Part shown: positions 49,131 through 62,700 of the stretch, in pieces | Layout: the number at the start of each line of letters is the position of its first letter | How positions within the stretch are numbered: the stretch's first letter is position 1 | Assembly: GCA_016748015.1 (NCBI GenBank) | Contig: JAAOMT010000294.1 | Coordinates: 226,541-290,540 of the forward strand | Direction of reading: 5' to 3' | Source of the DNA: Geosiphon pyriformis uo1 | Taxonomy: Eukaryota > Fungi > Glomeromycota | Length of the DNA stretch: 64,000 nt | Notes under the pieces: generated by a model | What the model was told of the DNA's origin: nothing | The model's database searches: none | What the model saw: the letters and a program-made list of their open reading frames with translations, nothing else | Position numbers and translations under genes: made by a program

Positions 49131-50079
49131 TAAGGCAGGCTGATTTTTGATAAGGTAGATGGGTGTTGTTTCAATTTTTTTCGTTGCTTCAGGTTCTCCA
49201 AATTCAATTTTGTTCTTATCATTTTTGCTGGGCAAGAGGATACTAAGAGCATAGCATTCAGAACACCATTGTTCATCACAAGACATAATGCTTTTTTCAC
49301 ATAGCCTAATGTTCATTTGCTCTAATTGTTGAATTTGAGCTTCTTGAGTTGGATAGGTGTGACTTGCAATTTGGTGGTAGACTTTTACTTCGTCTTCATA
49401 ATCAAATCCAGCTAATTCTATGGTGTATTCAATGTATTCTGCTTCCTTTATTTGACAAACATCTTTTTTGGTAGCTCCATTAATTAATGCTATTGCTAGG
49501 TCGAAAATCATCTCGGCATTATGGGGGTAGTGATAAAGTTTGTTGAGAGCACTGTTGTATGCCGCATTAAAAGGTGTTCTTCTTTTTACTTTTTCTGAAA
49601 TTGATAAAGCATATTGGCAGGTCTGATCGCAGACTCCTCCTCTCATGGCTACATCAATTCAATTGCATTCTTCCAGTAGCATATCTCCACAAGTCAAACA
49701 AGGGGTGTTGTCTTATTTTCTGCTTCTTTTTATTAAATGGCCCCATCATTCTCTGTGGCAAGCCTTGCAGTAATAACAAGTATGATTTTCATATTCTTCT
49801 TCAGGTAAAATGCAGGCTCCCATTGATGATAGTTTCTTGTGACAGTCCTTACATTTAAGGGGAATATAGGGGTGTTGTTTCCTTGGTTTGGATTTTGAGT
49901 AAGGTATATTCTATCCAGAGATTTCAGGTTCACAGTGTGGGGTAAAATGTTCTTGTTCTGTTTCATTGGCCCAGTTGGACGTTGATCCAAGAGCCATAAA
50001 TGTTTCAATGAGGGGTTTTTCCTCTTCCAGTTCGAATTCAAAAGCTGGGGCTTTTTCAGAGTGTTTGTTGAATGTACCA

Positions 50080-52523
50080 CAAGTAGCAGATACCTGGGCG
50101 TGTTGTCCTTGGTAGAAGATTGTTAACTCTTGTGTTTCCCAATTCAGATTACTATTGGCTTTTTGAAGCCAATCATTTCCGACGAGAGCTTGGTACTGGA
50201 GTGCATCCATTACAAGAACTTTGACTGGAATGGTGATTCCATCAAAAGTGAACAGAAAATTGTCAATTTCTCTTACTGGGGTTTTTTTCATGCCATCAGC
50301 AGTGACAATTACTGTTTGAGCTGGTCAGTTGACATTTCTCTTCAATTGTTGTATTAACTGGTAGGTGATAATGCTTCTGGCAGATCCACTGTCTAGAATC
50401 AAGCAAATTGTCTTTCCTTCAACTTCTGTTTCAGTGTATATAACCATAATTGTTTTTTGTTTATTGGTGGCTGCATTGCTAAACAGGAATGGTGACTTAT
50501 TTGCTTCAAACTCAAAAGGGAATATATCTGAAAAATTGGCATTTTCAGCAATTCTGCCTGGTGGGATTGTGGTGGAAGTATAGGAAGGGTTTTGTTGTTG
50601 TGCTGCAGTGCTACCTTCCGAGGGTGCAGTATAGTAAAAATTCTGTTCTTCTGGCATTGTTAAATAACTGGGTTGAGTGTGGTAGTGATTAGGTCTTGGT
50701 TGAGTGGAATTTTGGGAAACCAATTGGTTGTTCGAACTGATTCTATTGTTGTTTACTTGGTATCGGTTTTGTGGTGTGAATTGATTTTGTGTAATCAGTC
50801 TTCGAGCAGGTACTTGATAATGTTGTGTGGGTGGTTGTTGGTATTGCTGTTGAATTGGCTGTGGAGCAGACTGATAATAGTTATTTTGGTATTGGGGTTT
50901 TGGTGGATAATAAGCTGGTGGTGGTGGTTGATAATAAAATTGCTGTGGTAGAGGGTAACATTAATTACTCCTATTTTGTTGGTCTTATTATAGCTTTCTG
51001 CAATCTCTTTTCCAGTGGCCAGAGATTCCACAATAATGGCAATTCTGAGACTGGTTATTGGAAAGTGGTGCAAAGTTATTTTGATTTCGTCTTTGGAGTA
51101 GTTGATATCTTTGGGATTGCTGTTGTTGTTGATTGGTAAAATAGTTTTCAACTTTCTTTGTGAGTTGGTCAATTTTTTTCTCAGCTGTTGAGCTGGTTTC
51201 TCCAATTGCCAAATTTACAAGTTTTGTGCAATTGGCCTCTTCTATGACCATTTTGTATCTTTTCGCATGCTGTATAGCAGAGTTTAAATCTTCTGGCGCA
51301 TGTGGGCAAACCTTTTTAATTAGTTTATCTTTTAGACCAGCAATAAATTGATCCAAAATTTGAGCATCGGAATAATAATTGTTTGTTTTGAGTTGGCGAA
51401 TTCGTCTGAGAAGTTTGTTGAATTTTCCAATATAAGTCATAACAAATTCAGAGGGTTCTTGTTTGATATTTTGAAAATAATTGCAAAGGATAATGGAGGT
51501 ATTATTGTCAGTGAACTGTTCAAGGAAGGCTGCTTTGAAAGCGTTTCAATCATTGAATGGGGCAGCCAAGTTTTCAAACCATTCTCCTGCTGTTCTTTTG
51601 AGAAAGTAAGGAACTGTTCTTAACATTCTGGCAGCATTTCATCCATTTGCATCTCCAGCTTTAGTAACTTGGTCGAGCCATTTTTGGAGACTGGTCTCAA
51701 TGTCTTCTCCATTAAATTCAAGAATTTTTGCAATGTATGTTGTCATTTCATCTTTTTCGTTTTTACTGTCTATTAATTCTTTTTCAAATATTTCAGGTTC
51801 GTTTTCTTTGTTTGCTGCTGTCTCAGAGTGTTCATTTTGATTTTCAGCTAGAAAGTCAAGGAAATTGGAACTAGTTTGAAGGGGTTCTTGTTGTCTGATG
51901 AGACTTCTGAGTGATGTAAAATCTTCTGGTCTTGTAAATTGATTCAAGTGTGAATTAGGCGTTTGTGCTTGTGCAAGTGAAGCTGAAAAAGGTGTGATAA
52001 TAAGTGGAAGTTTTGAACTGGTTCCTTGTTCAGGTGTTTGTAAATGTTTGGCAGTTGTTTTTGGTAGTGTTGGAGTATTTGGGGTGGTTTTTGAGTATTG
52101 CTTTAATTTGTTTTTGCCTTTGTTGCTTGTTTCTGTTTCTAATTCAAAATCAATAGAGTATTGAAACTGCACTGGATATGTTTCTTCACAGTATTTGATA
52201 ATATTAAAATTAAGTTTGTGAAAGTAAGTGGCAAGTGTTTTGCTGTTAAGGTTTTCAGTTCCCAACTGTGAATAGTGTGCTAAATTATTGTAAAAGTTGC
52301 TTCTAACTTTTGAGATATTGTAATTTCCAAAAAGATAATTGTTGATGCAGTTTTCAATGTATTGGTATACTGATTTTTTGACAACTTCAATTCCGTCTGG
52401 AATGTTGAATCTTTGCTTGCAGTGGGTATAAATTGATTGGTAATACTCTAGAGTTGTTGTGTCTGGTGTGGTCGCCACTTTGAATTTTGTTGTTGCTGTG
52501 TTATTTCTGTGAAAGAGCACCAA
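50080..52523 (-). pseudogene. Gypsy gag and aspartic protease
   Basis: KWLDQVTKAGDANG, QILDQFIAGL, CX2CX4HX4C knuckle, Gln/Asn/Pro-rich linker, ICLILDSGSARSII, ALVGNDWL. Confidence 0.9.
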
Positions 52524-52524
52524 A

Positions 52525-53506
52525 TGTTACCGAAGGTTTTTGGTCTCTTTTCTTAAATGTTGTTAATGTTGATTTGTTGTGAATTCACGTTTCCAGGAAG
52601 TAGTTGGACCTCCAGTAATTGAATTTATCTTCAAATTATCTCCTATAATTTGAACTTGCTGAGCTTATGAGTGAAATGGCCAATTCCATGCCAGTTGCTT
52701 TATGTAGTTATGTTGTAGTAAACTTCAACTCTTTCCCAGGAATTGCTTGTTTGGAAGCTCACAAAAAAATGTGTAGTTACTTTGCTGTAAAAGTCAACTC
52801 TTCTACAGGAATCTTGTCTGTAGGCTACCCTAATGATTGTAATAAGAAAAAAAAAGAAAAATAAAAGAAATGTAAAAGAAATAGGATTTTATCAAGGGAA
52901 ACGTTTTTCTATCCAGGCCTGGAGTCACTAACAGTTTACTGAAATTGGTAGCTAATCAATTTTAAAACATTAGTTGGGTTTTGGGGATTTTCCAAGTACA
53001 ATAATTAAAGAATTTGGTTTTTCGAATTATTTGATATTTATTTCTTTTTGTGTATGTAAGAATGGTTTTAAGTAATAAATCTAAAGTAAGATACATTTTC
53101 TTGAAGAGAGATGCTCTTCTTTTATACAACTTGTTGTAACACTATTCTATGAACTTGAACTTTGCTATTTTCTACAATTTCGCTGAACTAAAGATATCTT
53201 TCGGTAAACTACAAGTTATTTCTGTGAACTATTAAATATTTCAATGAACTATCAATTATTTCGGTGAATTTCTACAAATTTCGGTGAACTTTTGAATGTT
53301 AGATAGTTTGGGGTATTGCATGATTTGATCATCGCAATTAGGTTACATTTGTGTTGTGTACAAATTGGATTATTAATTAAATGATAATTTCGGACATTTT
53401 GCTAATGTAATAAGTGATAATTTGAAACAATAATATATGCTAATTAATGATAGAATTTATAAGATAATTTCATGCTAAATAATATCTCTAATTTTGTCTG
53501 GTAACA
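52525..53506 (-). repeat. 5' LTR (982 bp)
   Basis: TGTTACC...GGTAACA 7 bp inverted termini. The PBS complement gagcacca lies at 52515-52522. Confidence 0.97.
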
Positions 53507-56500
53507 ACAGTCAATATTACTGATGCTTAGTAAGTTAGTTTAAGTCTTAATCATAACAGAAATCAACTTCTTTTTGACATTAGTGTTATGTATACACAAA
53601 AACATGTAATCAGAATTTTTAATTAAACTACATTAAATGAACAACACACTAAAATAGGTCAAATTATAAAGTTTCTTCCTTTTGATTATAGGCAATTAAT
53701 AATATAAGAGCTTTATAAAATAAGATCTCAATACTGCAGATATAGAGCTCAAAAAACCAAAGTAAATTTTACCATCAAGGTGTTAAATATGAAAAGACCA
53801 ATACATATTTAACAGTTTACCAAAATTCACATCCACAGTGCTATTTGTATATTTAAATTCCCAGCCAACAAAACCAATAGCCTTAAACTAATACCTAACA
53901 AAGCAATAAGTATTTCCAGAAACAGATCTGCCTTTGATAACAAGAAAGCAATATGAAATTTCAACAGACAGCACAAACTTAGACTTGATAATGGCACCAG
54001 TAAAAAAGTTAGCATGTTTATTATCAACAACTCCAGAATGTTCCTTGACCTTTTTTCAACAAATTGACAGATTTTTAGAAGTAATAGTAGAATAAATGTG
54101 TCCTTTTTCAATTCAGCATTTTCTGCAAAAGTAAGAAATAACACAATTACCAACTAAAACACACATATTCAAAAAAGCTTGACTATCTAAGAACAGTATT
54201 ACTGAACTTAAAGCTGGAATACAGTCTAAAGTAAAAACAATGGCCTACAGTTTTACTAGAGTTAAAAAAAACAAATCATAAACTCTAACTGCAATACTCA
54301 AATTAATGTCTGAAAAGTAAGCAGCAGTATTACCACAAATACTTACAGATCTCAAACTCTTAACCAATCTATCCATGTAAACACTTATTACATCAGACTC
54401 AACCTCTATCAAACACTCATTAAAAAATTACAAATTGCAAGAGTACTCATTGAGAATAAAACAATAAGCCAGAGTACCAACATTAATCAAGCCACCACTT
54501 TTAATAAATGAAACCAATAAAATAAACCAACTAGGAATACAGTTTTTAGGATTTAGTCTCTTCTATTTGTAAAACATTTTTCATGTGAAGCACATGCTAT
54601 GATGGTCTAAAAGTTGATTTGCAGAAACAATGCCAAATTTTTTCAGCAAATCTATTACATCTAGATATCAATCCACACCCAGAATATTTATAACAAAAAC
54701 ACTATTATCAGCTTGAAAAACATTAGATATATTATTGATTAAAAATAAACCATACAACACCAATATGGTATTTATGTTGGCTAGAAAATAATTAATAGGA
54801 TCAATTGACAACTTGACCAAAAAGCTTAGGAACTGCTGGGGCATTTAGCTAATAGTCTGTAAATACATGGTCTTGTGTTTAAATAAATCACCAAGAATGT
54901 CTCTCAAAATAACAAAAATAACCAAACTAACCAGTAAACATTTAGCTTGCATCTGTCCAAAAGATTTGAAACTATACAACTTAGAATAAGAGATAACTTA
55001 ATTAAAAAATTTCTTGAACAAGTTGGCCTTGAGCTTCAGCCCTTTTCTAAGCAGCTTGTTTTATTTTTTGTATACATTAACTAAAATATAACTAAACTGT
55101 ATTCTATAATTGATAATAGGTTGAAGCACTGTAAACACCAGATACAAAAATTGCTTATCTAATACAGCCTTTTTCAAAACCAGATTCATAAAAAACTTAA
55201 TGTCCAAATGAGCTTTGGCAATACTAGGTTTGAAGAGACTATTTATAGACAAAAAAATGCTCAAGTATTTGTAAGATTTATTCTTCTTTGCTATTGAAAT
55301 ACTGGAACTACTAACTAGCAATTAAGGGTTTTTTACTTTCTAATTAATAGGTATAGCAACTGTTTTGTTTATGTTAATCAAAATATTATTGATCTGAAAA
55401 AATTTACTCACTATGTTTAAAATATTTTGAATAATAGACATGCCATTTTCAATTCAAATTGTGTTGTTTACAAAAACTCCAGCAGTCATAAAAGATGTCT
55501 TGTTATCTTTGGGATTCTGCCTACCAGAACTTATAAAAAACTTTGAATCCAATTGATATTTATATAACTTATTATGCTTCTTGACTTCACAGAGTAACAA
55601 ATTATAAAAAATTTTTTACAACAGTGGCAAAAACACCTCCTCCTAATTCAAATTATCATAAACAGAATAATCATTTATAAACCCAAAATCTATCATTATC
55701 TAATTGATTCAATTGTTGTGTATTCTTCCAAAAAACTCAATAAAACAGAAACACATTTTGATCTTGGTCAAACAGTTTTGCAAATAAAACCATTCAACAG
55801 AATTATATGTTTTTTTTATGTCCTAAAGAACCAGTCACAATTTCCTATTCTTTTCTAATGCATTTTTAATAATTGAACCAATAGCAAAAATAGAAGTTTG
55901 CATAGATGTGCCTTTCAAAACCAAGAAATTATTACTGTACAAAACATTAAACTTACTATAAGCCAAAGAAATCTTGTTTGATAAAATCTTAGATAAAATT
56001 TTCCAGACTGTTTTAATTAATACTATTAATTTGGTATTAGTAAGAACCTTCTTCTAATCATATGGTTTTGGTATTATAGAAACTCAAATACACTTTTAAT
56101 GTATGAGCACTATACTTTTCACTAAGCATATATTAAGAATATCTAATAAACCACCCAGAACTTGCACATTATCATGCTTCCAAAGCTCATTAAGAATACC
56201 AAACAAGCCAGTAGTCTTCTTATCAAGCAACTCCTTGATCACCTAAAAAACTCATCAGACTTAATATTATACATAATGTCTGAAAATACACTATTATTAA
56301 CATAATTTAAAAGTGCATATTGATTGGATCATTTAGTAGGCATAACATTAAAAATTACACACTTTCTGGTCCATCATTCTATAATAATATTAATTATGAA
56401 CTTAATCTTATTAGACACCAAAATCAATTCATTATTTACTATCAAATAGTCAAAAACTATTTTTCAAAACAGCTATTTCAAAACACTTTTAATTATTCAG

Positions 56501-59500
56501 CTTTTATTAAAACAGAAATTTTCTATGTATTTGTTAATTGTTTTTCTAATTAGAACATCTTTGACAACCCTAAATTTATAGTATTTAGACCTATAGTACT
56601 TTTTTCAGATTCTTGACAAGTGACATTAAATTAACCTCAAACTTTTTCTATTATCAATTATAATATACAACTTAGAAGCCTTTTCACTATCAATAATAGA
56701 CCATGTATTAATTAAACAGTTAGTTTTAGAATCTTGAATTAAACTTAAACTCTTTGCCAACTTGACTATTAATAACTCAAGCTTAAAGAATTTTGATGAC
56801 TGCTTATTTTTTAAACACTCAAACTCACTAAACCAGAACTTAGAAAAAACTTCATCAGCAGAATTAATTATCACATCCTTCAAAATATTTCACATAGTGT
56901 CTAAATCTTCATTATCTTTTACATTATTGAAATCAACCAGTTTCTCCAAAAATTTGCCTAATGAACACTCTCTAAAATATGATCATTTGTTATTATCAGC
57001 ATCCTTAATCTTAAACTTCCATTTATCTCTATTAATTTGTTTATAATTGCTGTTGAAACAAGCATCCAAAAGACTATTCAAACTAACTGAGACCAAAATA
57101 GCATTGTAATCTATATCAAAAAATTTAAAAACAGAAACAATCTTATAATTAATTACTGCAAACATCAAACTTTTACTTATAAAGATGTAATCAATAAACT
57201 TCTTAACACCCCTTGAATTGCTCCAAGTAAAAGCTTTAATCAGCAAATATTCATTAAAAGAATTAATCAAGCCTAAATTCAAGCAGAACTTAAAATTCAC
57301 ACTTTTTTTAGATCTATTTTCATTGAAATTTCCACTTAAAACTGTAAACATGGAAGAATTAATAGTCTTAGCAATAAAAAAGTTGATTTTTGAAGCCTAA
57401 CTGAACTTGACTTCAGTAAAAGCACAAGCATATAAACCTAAAACCATAACTGACAGCTTGTCTCTAAAAAGAAGCTGAACTAAAACAAGACAACTAGAAA
57501 CTTTTTTAATCTTAAAAACATGATATACAAGAAAACTATTCATAATAATTGCCATTCTAGCACCAAGAAACTCTTTGTCCAAGCCAGACAAAAATATTCT
57601 CATTTCATCAAATTTGTTTATAATCTATGGCCTGATACCAGATTTTAACTTTGTTTCTGTAATAATAAAAACCATATTTTTTAATTCTTTATGCCAATAA
57701 ACAATATCTTCTTGTTTGGCAAAAACATTGAAACTTTGAACATTACATGTAACAAACTTCCATACCAGATTTATTATTGGGAAGAATAAGCAATAGGAAC
57801 CAAATCAGCATTGTCTACTTTGGCTAATAGACCTATAATTGTGACTAAAAGTGTCTTTCAATTTAGAGATAACCAATAAATCAAAAACCACCACTCCTAC
57901 AATAGTCTTACCACAAATGACCACACCTGAATCTTCACTTATTACTATATCTGCCTTTTGATTCTGTGATCAAAAGATTACCAATAGTTGATGTTCAAAA
58001 CTAGATTAAGAAATCAATAATCCAGATGTGTTTAATCTTTTAGCCAATTTATTAATGTGTTTTGCAAGATTGATAAGACTACACTTAAAAGTGAGAAATT
58101 TATCATTTAATTCTATAGACACCAGTAGAATAAATTTTATTTTCAAAAAGATACCAAAATCAACCAAGTTATTTTATACAAAAAGAGGAGAGAAAGAAGA
58201 TTTACCAATAATTTTGGCCCAAGAGACATCACTAAAAGAAACAGGATAGGCAATTGGCACTAAACATTTAGCATAAATAGATACCAGTCTGCTTTTATTA
58301 TTCTTTAACAGCACTCTATGAAATAGACTACTAGAAAAAGTTTTTCCATTTATAGAACAATTCAGTAAAGTATGACTCAATTTTTTATACTTAGCATACT
58401 TTGCTGAACTCAGATAAGCTCAGTGCAAATTGGCACTTTTCAAAACTGGCATGGTTCTTATGACAGCATCCAATAACTCAACAAAATCAAAGCAAATAGT
58501 AGTACATCTGGCTTGGGTATATAAAATTAGATAATGATCAATAACACATGTTTTCTTATCTACAGAGCCAATTAAGTTCCAAATATTATGAGCATTAGTT
58601 TTTATTGGCAGTGTATAGAGCAGTGCTCTATAATAATTTCTTGTATTTTATGTTAACTTGTTTTAATCTGCTCTAGCAATATACATAGCATCTTTTCTGA
58701 TTAAGATAGACCAGTTTGCTGCGACCAAATCAGTCTGGTCTGATTGATTAAACTCCATTACAGCTTTTTGCTACAGTTTCACCAACTGCATTTTGATCGA
58801 CTTAATCAACTCATATTCAGAAAATACAGCATAATTAGTCTTAACTAATGTACCAATTGAGATTTTTTTTAATACTACAGTTTAATTTGAACATACAACA
58901 GATTTTTTAAGATCAGCATTTACTGTGATCTTTACAACTATTGCCATATTGGATGTTTGGGCCAAGCTTAATTTAGAAATGAACATTACTTTGATAATTC
59001 TAGCAAATTTTGAAGAAGTAAAGACCCTTCCAAAATCATTAATTTTTGAAAACAGTCTTTTCATCACCACAAGCTTTTCCTGAGAAGATTTTCCAACCAT
59101 TTTATTCAAACCAATATTTAAAGCAAATAATTTTTTAACTGGAATATTAACCAAAACTTTTAAGAAAGAAAAAAGAGTTAGATAAACATCTAAAAGAACA
59201 TTATTATTATCATTACTTAAGAAATTAATCTTTCTCAATGGTTTTTTCAAAGTCTGCTTGGTCTTTAATCATGAACTTTTGGGTGTTTAATTAGGATTTT
59301 CTACAGCAAAAATACTTTTATTACTATAGTTAAAGCTAGTTTTTTTGACCAAACACTTCTCTTCTATGTTTACACTATCAGATTTGGTGGGGTCACTAGC
59401 TTTCAAGCCCTATAAACAACCACTTAGCACCTTAGCAGAATTTTCTTTGTTGTTAATATTATCTTCTAAAATATTACTTCTTCTTTTTTTCCTTGACAAA

Positions 59501-59600
59501 ACAGTTTTGAAACCATCATTAAAGTCAGAACTTTCAATAGTCTTCTTTATGACAACAATATTAAGGCCAACAATGGTCTCATAATTAAGTAAAAACGGTT
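53507..59600 (-). mobile_element. Degenerate LINE (ORF1 with zinc knuckle; ORF2 APE-RT-RNase H-Cys/His motif)
   Basis: ORF1 remnants 57780-59590, including a decayed CxxCxxxxHxxxxC at ~58350-58405. APE start LVWKFVTCNVQ...KQEDIVYWH at ~57690-57772. TWSNSRGVKKFIDYIF (ORF 56983-57351). RT block at ~55450-56050. RNase H LFLDSQA at ~54180-54195. Same organisation as 13468-17360. Confidence 0.88.
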
Positions 59601-59799
59601 TAGATTTACTGTACTGAATAATAAAAACTTCTTTTCAAAAAAAAAACTTTTTAGACTCTTTTTTGAGAATTTAGAATAAAAAAGAGAAAAAAAAATTTTT
59701 ATTTGTTGCCTATTTTTTATATTAATTATATTTAAATTTTTAAAAAAATTATTAATGTAAATATTAATAATATTCAAATTATACCAAATAAACTGCCTC

Positions 59800-62700
59800 T
59801 TATTAATAAAAATTTATTTAAATAAAGCATATTAAATGATTAAAAATTTACAACTATATGTAAAGCAATATGTTAAAAGCTATATTATTCAAATAAGCAA
59901 TTGCTAATTTAAATTAATTGAAAATTAAATCTTAAAAATCTAATTTTTTTCAATAATAAAAATTTTTTTGATTAAAAATATATTTTTTTAATATCTAATT
60001 GTTTTATAAAAATAATATTAAATCTTTTAAATAAATAGAAAACAAAAAAAATAAAATTATCTAAAACTAAAAACAAATTATTTACAAAAAATATATTATA
60101 TTTTCAAAAAATTATTTATTAAACTGGTTTTTAGCCAAATAAAAAATTATAAAAGATAATTAAGAAACCAATTTAAAATTTGCAAATTTAATAATTTATA
60201 ATTAAATAAATAATCAAAAATATTATTAGTATTTAATAAATTAATTATTAATGCTATTTTATTTTTAGCTTGTATTATAATTATATTTTTATATAAATAT
60301 TTAACAAATATAATTCAACCACTATTTAGAAGTTAGAAACAAATTAAGTATTCTAGTGTTAAATATAATTCACATATTTTTATATGTAATTAGCTATTTG
60401 AACTAGTTTAAACTATATTATACTAATACAATAGAAAAAAATTTACCCAAAAAAGACATTTTTTAAACTATTTTAAATAAAATAACATTACAAAAAACCA
60501 ATCTAATTAGTTATTTAGCTGTTTTCAAGAAATTAGTTTTAACTTTAACAGATTTATAAATTCAAAGTAATATTAAATTAAAAAATATTTTATTATTAAT
60601 AACAACTTAATCTACAGAACTATCAAACATATCAACATTATTCATGAAATATTTTTTCTTTAATAATATTACTTTTTTTTCAACTTATCAATAATTTTAT
60701 TAAAAACATTCAGATATATTATAAGTTTATTAATCTTAAAACTAAAAACATTACTCAAAACATAATTACTCTTAATAAATTATTCAAATATAATTATTAA
60801 AAAACTAACAGATTTAGCAATAAATTTAACCAAAGTAGTTAACTTGACCAAATCAGATTCCAAAAAAAGCCAATCAAAAAAAAATCAAAGAATTATCAAT
60901 AATTACAGAAAAAAAAAAAAAACTGTTAAAAAAAAATTTAGAAGTGTTCACAAAAACAGAAGTCTTAACATAAAACTTAGCACTTATAAATAAAATACAA
61001 ATATCTTGAAAAAAAAGATGAAGACATTTTATAATTCATAATTAGATAATCTATTTTTTAATATCTAAAATAGTATTAATAACCAAGAGTTTTCTACTAG
61101 ATATAATATTTTCTTAGTGTATTAGTTTTTAATTATTGTAATATTCAAGTTTACTTAAGAATTAAATATAATCAGTACAAACTGAAAATAACAACCAAAT
61201 TTAGATAAATAGAAAATAAAACAAGATTAATTACCAATTTAAAAAATAATATTACTAATTTCAAAAACAATACAATTAAAAAGAAGATTAAATAACTTGG
61301 TTTTAAATCTGTTTTAGACAAAATAGTTTTATTTTAATTTACCAAAAAAAAATTTTAGCACTATTTTTGTTTACAAAAACAAATTAATGACCAAAAGCAG
61401 ATATAGCAGTATTTAATTTCTTAAAATATTCAATCACATATTGTTAAATATCAGTAAACTTTAATATAATATAAGCAAATTTACTAAAAACATTAAATAT
61501 TGTCTTAATATTAACAGCAAATATACTCAAAGACATATAATACAGTATAATAACAACAAAAAAAAATCAAATTCAGAAACTACCAAAAATTTGGCAATTT
61601 TAAAAATAATTAAGTATATAAAGCTTGTAAACTCAACCAGAAATACATTTTTTAGAAACTTTTAAAAAGCAAATTCTATATAAAACAGTTTTATATTGTT
61701 TTTTAATACTGATTTCGCACTTAAAAAACCATGTACAAATTAAAAAACAGTCTTAATATAAGCCAGTTTAATCTTAAAAATAGCACTAAGCACTAAAATA
61801 GAAGCCACTTATTTAGCAAATTTTTGATAACTAAAAATAGTTTCTTAAGTATTATTAATAACAATATTAAATACTAATAAAAAAAATATTTTAGTTTTTA
61901 TCTAATCAGTTCAGTTTTTAAGAACAGATAATTCAATAAGAGATTGTTGTTTTGCTTCTAAAATCAACAATAATCTGTCAAAAAACATTATATTGACAAC
62001 ACAGTCAGTAGTTAATTTTAGCCTATTTTAAATAACAAACTAAATAATATAATAGAAATCTTATCTAAAATTTTATTAAAAACCATAAAAGAGTTCAGTA
62101 TAATAATAATAATAAAAACAAATAACTGTTTCTATTTTTTTAAATCTTTGGTTTTTTTGATTATTATTTTTGAAAAAATAGTACTAAAAGCATTAAATAT
62201 AAAAACTATAATAGAAAAGATTAGCTTATTGACTAATCTGTTATTGAACACTTTTGGACTTTTAAAAAAAATAAAGGCAATACTAAAATTGATCCAAGTA
62301 TATTTTTTTGAAAAAATTTCAATTAACAAAAAACCAGTTAAAAAAAAATGATATAATAACTTTTAAAAGCAGTTTTTTATTATCATTAACTAAATAGAAA
62401 ACTTTTACAATGTTTTGTTTAGCTGTTTTTACAATAAAAAAAACTTTTTTAATTGAAACTTTATAAAATACTATTACAGATTAAAGTAACAAGCTAACAA
62501 ATAGCAAGAAAAAATAGGATTGTAGAGTAATAAAATTAATTAAAAAAGATTTAATTTTAAGAAGTGAATTGAATAAATATATATTTAATATGTAAAATTA
62601 GTTTTATAAAATATATTAATTTTATAAAATATCTTAATCACTATTTTTTCAAAAGATAACTGAAAATTTTGAAGGTAGAAAAATAATTTGTACTGTCAAT

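Larger units (their letters stand above)
43659..53506 (-). mobile_element. Full-length (9848 bp) Ty3/Gypsy LTR retrotransposon with dUTPase and an extra 3' ORF; inactivated by stops and frameshifts
   Basis: Two 982 bp LTRs (TGTTA...TAACA). ACAG TSD at 43655-43658 and 53507-53510. PBS TGGTGCTC and PPT GAGGAGGAGG. Gag knuckle CHYCGISGHWKRDC, protease LDSGS, RT YLDD, RNase H IAYASRTLKPAEKNYSATELE, integrase HHCC and GIDLV, in Gypsy order (RT-RH-INT). Confidence 0.97.

Noticed and set aside
53178-53290. Repeat-spacer pattern resembling a mini-CRISPR (also 13250-13400)
   Set aside because: 12 bp cores with 8 bp spacers are far too short, the context is a eukaryotic LTR, and there are no cas genes.
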